A DNA stretch of 52,319 nucleotides from Azolla caroliniana (Eukaryota; Plantae; Polypodiophyta): assembly GCA_043228905.1 (NCBI GenBank), contig JBHGNT010000209.1, positions 1-52,319 on the forward strand, read 5' to 3'. The notes below the pieces were generated by a model, which did not search any database, was not told the origin of the DNA, and saw only the letters and a list, made by a program, of their open reading frames with translations. Below are positions 46,906 to 52,319 of the stretch, piece after piece (position 1 is the stretch's first letter; every line of letters begins with the position of its first letter). Position numbers and translations under genes: made by a program.

Positions 46906-49117
46906 GAGCACTTCCCAACCACCTACATTCGATCTGCAAAATGAAGGCAATAATAGGTATGTATTTTCATGGTTACTTTTATGTTTTACATCGTTTAGGG
47001 TTTCTTTTCATTTACATTTGATCACATGGTTCCATATTCTAACATGGTGAGGGACTTAATTGTTCCATTTTTCAAATGTATCATATAAATGCATTGTTAT
47101 AATTTCAACATCAATATGAAGAAATGTTGAGGAGGAGCCCAATAGTCTATGGTGACCCGTTGAATAATCCACCAATGGTCAGCTTGAAGACATTGGGTGA
47201 TTTGGATCCGATTCAACAGATTTTTGTAAGTATGGCCCAAGTATTGAATAATGGCATTTGTTATTGTAAGAGCTGCAACAAATGTGTGCATTGGTGTAGG
47301 GTAAGGAGCAATGGTTCGGATTCGAAGATGTGGGTCTCCTTCGAAAACGTTGGCAAAATGGGCATGCCGGATTTTGGGCTTTCCCATATATTAACCAGAG
47401 GAAATGTTATACTTCGTAACATAAAATATATGATATCGGTGTATTATCAAGCTTTTTTGTATCGATTTCTTGTAACAATGTTGTAAATCTTTTTAGTACG
47501 TTGGAACCAAGGCTGCCAACCTTTTTTGCATATTGTAACCAAGGCAACTTGAATGATTGTGGCATGTTGTAAATGGTTGATTTTGTAATATGGCATCTAT
47601 ACGTCTTGTGTATCTTCTTCTTGCCTCTTATTTGTAACATGGATGTAAACCTTGTTTATATGAAATTGTTTGTATACATGCTGATGAGTTTTGATTCTGT
47701 TTAGAGGATGAAGTTTTGATTTTTCGGTTTTTGTATGCAATGGATTTTGTTTAGAGGATATGATTAATTGACAACATGAGTAATGCAATGGATTTACTTA
47801 TGATACACTCTTATGCCAATGGATTTACTTATGATCTACTCTAAGGGTGATGATCTACTTTTGTATAACCAAAACTGATGATGATGTATATGGATTTTGT
47901 AATATCAAAATCAATATTTGAATCTCATTTTGGTTGTATCTGACTCAATGTGGAGTCAGATCTGTTTTATAGTTCTATGTTTGGTGTTCTTTGATAGGAA
48001 AGTCCAATAACTTTTGCCTTTATATATTTGCCTTTATTAAACATTAAATTGAGTAAGATCTTGAGGAGTTTGAGATATCGGATTAAGCCTTCTATTTGAT
48101 TATCACTTTATTATACTTAGTTTGTGATACATATTGTTAATATAGTCTCACAGGTTATCAACCTCTATGCATAAAAAATGTCACTAGATCTCCAATGACA
48201 TTAAGTTTCAAGTTTCAAATTAGGGTTAATGTTGAAAATTCTGTTTGAAATCCTCAAAAATCATTCTGTTCTGTGTATATGTTTTTTATACAAGTTTGTA
48301 TCTATGAACTAAAACTACATATTGGGGCATCTTTATATGACACCTTTTTGCTCATTTTTTCTCACATTGTTATATTTCTTTGTGAAGCGAACATAAAATC
48401 ACAACTTTGTTATGTTATACATGTAGCTGCACTGAAAAGGCCATCATGGTAATATCTCAATGTTCTTATATGAATAGCCATTGATTTATTGTATGGATCT
48501 TGGGTGTGTTAAACCAAGGATTTTCTGTTCAATGCTAAAAAAGGGTCACAATTCATTATTATAGACAATCCTACAGGAATACTTATATATGAGTTCAATA
48601 CATGCTAAACTTGTCCTATTATCATGAGATATTGTAGTTGAGGAATGTTAAGAGAGAATGGAGTATAATAGAATTTATTCTTATTTTCCATTCAGCAATT
48701 AAACATGTCATCATATATGTGATCCCTTGTGAAGGGGGTTTGCTATTTTGTAGTTAAAAATTGTGTGAAGGTAATTAATGTGCTTATATGCTCATCCTTC
48801 TTGGTGGGATTTGAGTATCATGCTTCTCTAGTACGGCATCATACTTATTGCATCCGATGAGCATGTGAGAATGATATTCACCATCCACAAGGTTTTTTCT
48901 ATGCATACCTTGTATATATTCAAAATTGGGTAGTATTATATTGATACTGGTACTCTAGAGGGATGTATGTATGGAAATTTATTTTTACACCCTAATAGGG
49001 AATCTTTCATGTGGAATTGAAATGTTACAAGTGCCACTGTTTTTTGTACTCTTTAGTAGTTGTTTGCTATGTCTATTTAACCTTGGAAATTCCAAGTGGT
49101 GTCCAATGCTTCCTACA

Positions 49118-49447
49118 AGTTTGAAAATGTGAATGTGTTATTGTGTCATTTCTTCTTGTGTTGATTGATGATCCATAGGTAGTAGTATTCCATGGTTGAA
49201 AGTAAAAGAACCAAGAAAATGCCCAAATTATGAAAGCTAACTTTACATGGAACATGAGTGAGTTGCATACTATTGTGAATAGAGTGAATGAGTGAGTTTG
49301 AAAATGTGAATGTGTCATTGTGTCATTTCTTCTTGTTTTGGCTCATGATCCGTAGGTAGAGAGTATTCCATCGTATAAAGTCAAAGAATCAAGAAAAAGC
49401 CCAAATTACAAGAGTTAACTTAACTTGGAACATGAGTGAGTTGCATA
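49118..49447 (+). repeat. Diverged tandem duplication, period ~177
   Basis: agtttgaaaatgtgaatgtgt...catgagtgagttgcata at 49118 and 49295. Confidence 0.85.
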
Positions 49448-49790
49448 TTAAAGTGACAATCAACATAGCCCAAATGGTAAGAGCTAATTTTACTTAAACA
49501 AAAGTGTTAAGGGCAGGATGCGGATTAGAAGGATCATAGGGTAAAAGATCTACAATTGCAAAAGACAAGAATTCATCACGTTGAGACGAGAATTCAATAC
49601 CACTATTACGACCCTTAAATGTAAATGAAGTGTAAAGTGACTAACCAAATGTTGAAACCCTAATAAAGAAAGTAATTGAAGAAGAAAAAAACCAAAGAGA
49701 AAGAATTAAAAAGAAGAAGGATTTGAACCATAAACCTAGCAAAACTTAGGGATAACTCTAACCAATACACTATTCATTTGTATTTCATTA

Positions 49791-50138
49791 GCTATATTAT
49801 TCTTTATTAGTTTTACTTTTTTGAGAGTCAGGCTCCTACCCACAATTGGTCGGGCTCCTAGTGACAAAGGCTGTTAGACAGCGGGGCTCCTTATGACAGA
49901 GTCGGGCTCCTTGTGTCAGAGTCGGGCTCCTGGTGACAAACGTTGTCAGCTTTTTTATCCATTATATGCTATATTATTCTTTATTAGTTTTACTTTTTTG
50001 AGAGTCAGGCTCCTACCCACAATTGGTCGGGCTCCTAGTGACAAAGGCTGTTAGACAGCGGGGCTCCTTATGACAGAGTCGGGCTCCTTGTGTCAGAGTC
50101 GGGCTCCTAGTGACAGACGTTGTCAGCTTTTTTATCCA
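49791..50138 (+). repeat. Near-identical tandem duplication of subterminal repeat block, period 177
   Basis: gctatattattctttattag...cagcttttttatcca at 49791 and 49968. Confidence 0.92.
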
Positions 50139-50252
50139 GATTGGACGGTGGAGATCGCACGCGCCATCAGCTAAGCGACCTGCACCGTCCGCGCCTGCGA
50201 TTCCCTCACTTGCCCTCTTTAATTTTTGGTAGTAGTTAGTCACGAGCATCAC

Positions 50253-50331
<79 letters not shown>

Positions 50332-51799
50332 TAGAGAGCACGAGTAGCAGCAAGTGAAGCAACAGGTTCTGCTCCCCAAGAGGCCGTGGAAGATCAAAAG
50401 GATTTGTGTATCAACTGTGCATCTCAAATGTTAAATGCATCAAGAAGAAGAAAGGTCTAGAGACATTGACGTAGTACATAACAACTAGGAGTGAACATTG
50501 TGATATAATAGGACTCAAGATAGTTAACAAGGAATTATATATTAATCCAACTTGTTCAAACTCATACCAAACTATCAACAAAGATCCAACTTCTTGTAAC
50601 ACTTATATAAGTGATGCTCAACATGAAATACATGAAGCATTAAGATTGTGATCTATGTTTGAAAAAGCATTCTCACCAAAAGGTTAACCCGTTCTGCATA
50701 ATCTCAACAAATGTTAAAGTGGATAAAGTCTCAAAAAAATGTAAACAAAATTGGAGTTCTTTTCTTGTATAAGTATGTAAAGTTGTAGATCTCAAAATAA
50801 TGATTTGCAAATTGTGCAAAATCAAATTATCATAGAACAACGTTTATCTCTAGCATTGATTGAGGTTATATCAACTTGATGGAACAATTGGTTATGGTGC
50901 ATCGTTGATAGAGTATGTAAATTGTCATTGCGAAGAATGGAAGTGGGCATGCAATGGAAAGTGTCAAAGCTTTGTGGGTCTAATTGGAGTGTACCATTCC
51001 AACAAAGCTAGGTTCATCCCCTAGATGTGGATGGATGGGAGTGTACATAACTTACGGGCAAGGTCTCTCCCCCTAGGTTGCCAATATTGCAGACTTCACC
51101 CTTCAAACAAGGCATGCGGGTAATGCATAATTGCAACAAGTGAATACTTGAAGGGGTCGTGTGAAGACCAATCTAGAGACACAAAGTTGTGTTTGCAGAG
51201 AGTGATATTACCAGTGACAACATATTTGAAGTGTGAATGAAGGTATTGTGCGACATGTCGGAATCATGCATGCGTGTAAGCAATGAAAGAAAAAGATGAA
51301 AAGAGGGTAAAAGTGGGCTCAACAAGGGCAATGATAGATGGGTAACATAACTTGGGGGCGAAGACATAGAAAACAATAATAGAATTAAGGTGCGTAGATA
51401 ACAAAGAAATTGCAATAATGTCTACTAAAAAAGTTTTGTATGAACCGTTATATTTTAGTATGTTGGGTGAACATGACTTTATACACAAGGCAACATTAAT
51501 TATTGTAGTTTTATAAAATTATCAATGATTCTTTAAGAAAAGCACCCTATCACCTAATTATATCACTTACGACATACGCTTCCTTTCTTATTATGTTGAA
51601 AATGCAACCAAGTCGTTGAATCATTTACAACATTGTTACATTATTTATCCACAACATTAGGATTAGTTATCCTTAGAAGACATTGTCTATCATTGAAAAC
51701 AATAATTTGATCCATTCGTTGTACCTGCTATAATTTATGCATGATAATTTTGGGATCAAGATGTATGTGTGTGTATCCACACCATAAAGTTCATCTCAA

Positions 51800-52110
51800 T
51801 GTGGTTGGTTTTCAATGAAGGCATGGTAGAGGATGAATGTCACTTGCTCTTTTCATGCTCGACATATAGTGCAATTCGTTCAAGATATGCTAACATATTA
51901 AGAGGGAGTGATAACTTAAGTGCCATACTTAAGACGCCACCTAGAAGGTTGTGCTCTTATGTGTATGCTTCATTCACACATAGAGACTTTGTGCTTCAAT
52001 GTATGAATACCCCTTCTTAGGAAGGAGACACATATCAAGAACACATGTATACTTTGGTCCCATAGGTCAAATTTGGCCTCTTTATGGGTGATAAAAACTC
52101 TAATTCCAAT
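51800..52110 (+). mobile_element. Short 3' fragment of RTE/RTEX-like LINE
   Basis: EGMVEDECHLLFSCSTYSAIRSRY C-terminal motif followed by a short UTR. Confidence 0.6.
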
Positions 52111-52319
52111 TCCGACAAACTAATATATCTAAGTTGGCAAAAGAACTTAACATAAATCCTCCTTGATTTTGGGTGGATAATATTTTTTGGTCATCATTGC
52201 TTGTTATGCAAGCTAGCCTTACAAATGTATTTTCACACGAGACATACATGTAAAGGTCATGATAGAGTTGAGTTTCTCCAAAGTAGTTTTGACTCACTTT
52301 AACTTGATATGGAATTTTT

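Larger units (their letters stand above)
46455..50376. mobile_element. Non-autonomous TIR element B of the same Mutator-like family
   Basis: Left TIR 46455-46725 and right TIR 49820-50376 (inner TIR, (CATACA)n, tip); AT-rich interior with no recognisable protein. Confidence 0.7.

Noticed and set aside
2250-50395. A single 48-kb transposon with TSD
   Set aside because: Flanks of the outer tips (cattcactta vs ccaagaggcc) show no duplication, so a single insertion event is unsupported.

Overview
Land-plant nuclear DNA (telomere-type CCCTAAA repeat, PBSs matching plant tRNA-iMet/tRNA-Trp; the TE mix suggests a seed-free plant, by inference). Positions 296-1029 hold five minus-strand exons of a GDP-mannose pyrophosphorylase alpha (GMPPA/KONJAC-like) gene with an 8-nt frameshifting deletion. 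From 2266 to 50378 the window is one nested transposon cluster. The frame is Mutator-like elements with composite microsatellite-containing TIRs. Inside are two hAT-type MITEs sharing one TSD, a MULE-SWIM transposase split by a gag-only Gypsy element and then inverted, and a near-identical 5.5-kb duplication. Three intact young LTR retrotransposons are present: two Copia and one tRNA-Trp-primed Gypsy with a Gag-PR / -1 frameshift / RT-RH-IN layout. There is also a decayed near full-length L1-type LINE hosting two of them, and several RTE/RTEX-like LINE fragments. No prokaryotic-type systems, RNA genes or CRISPR arrays were seen.
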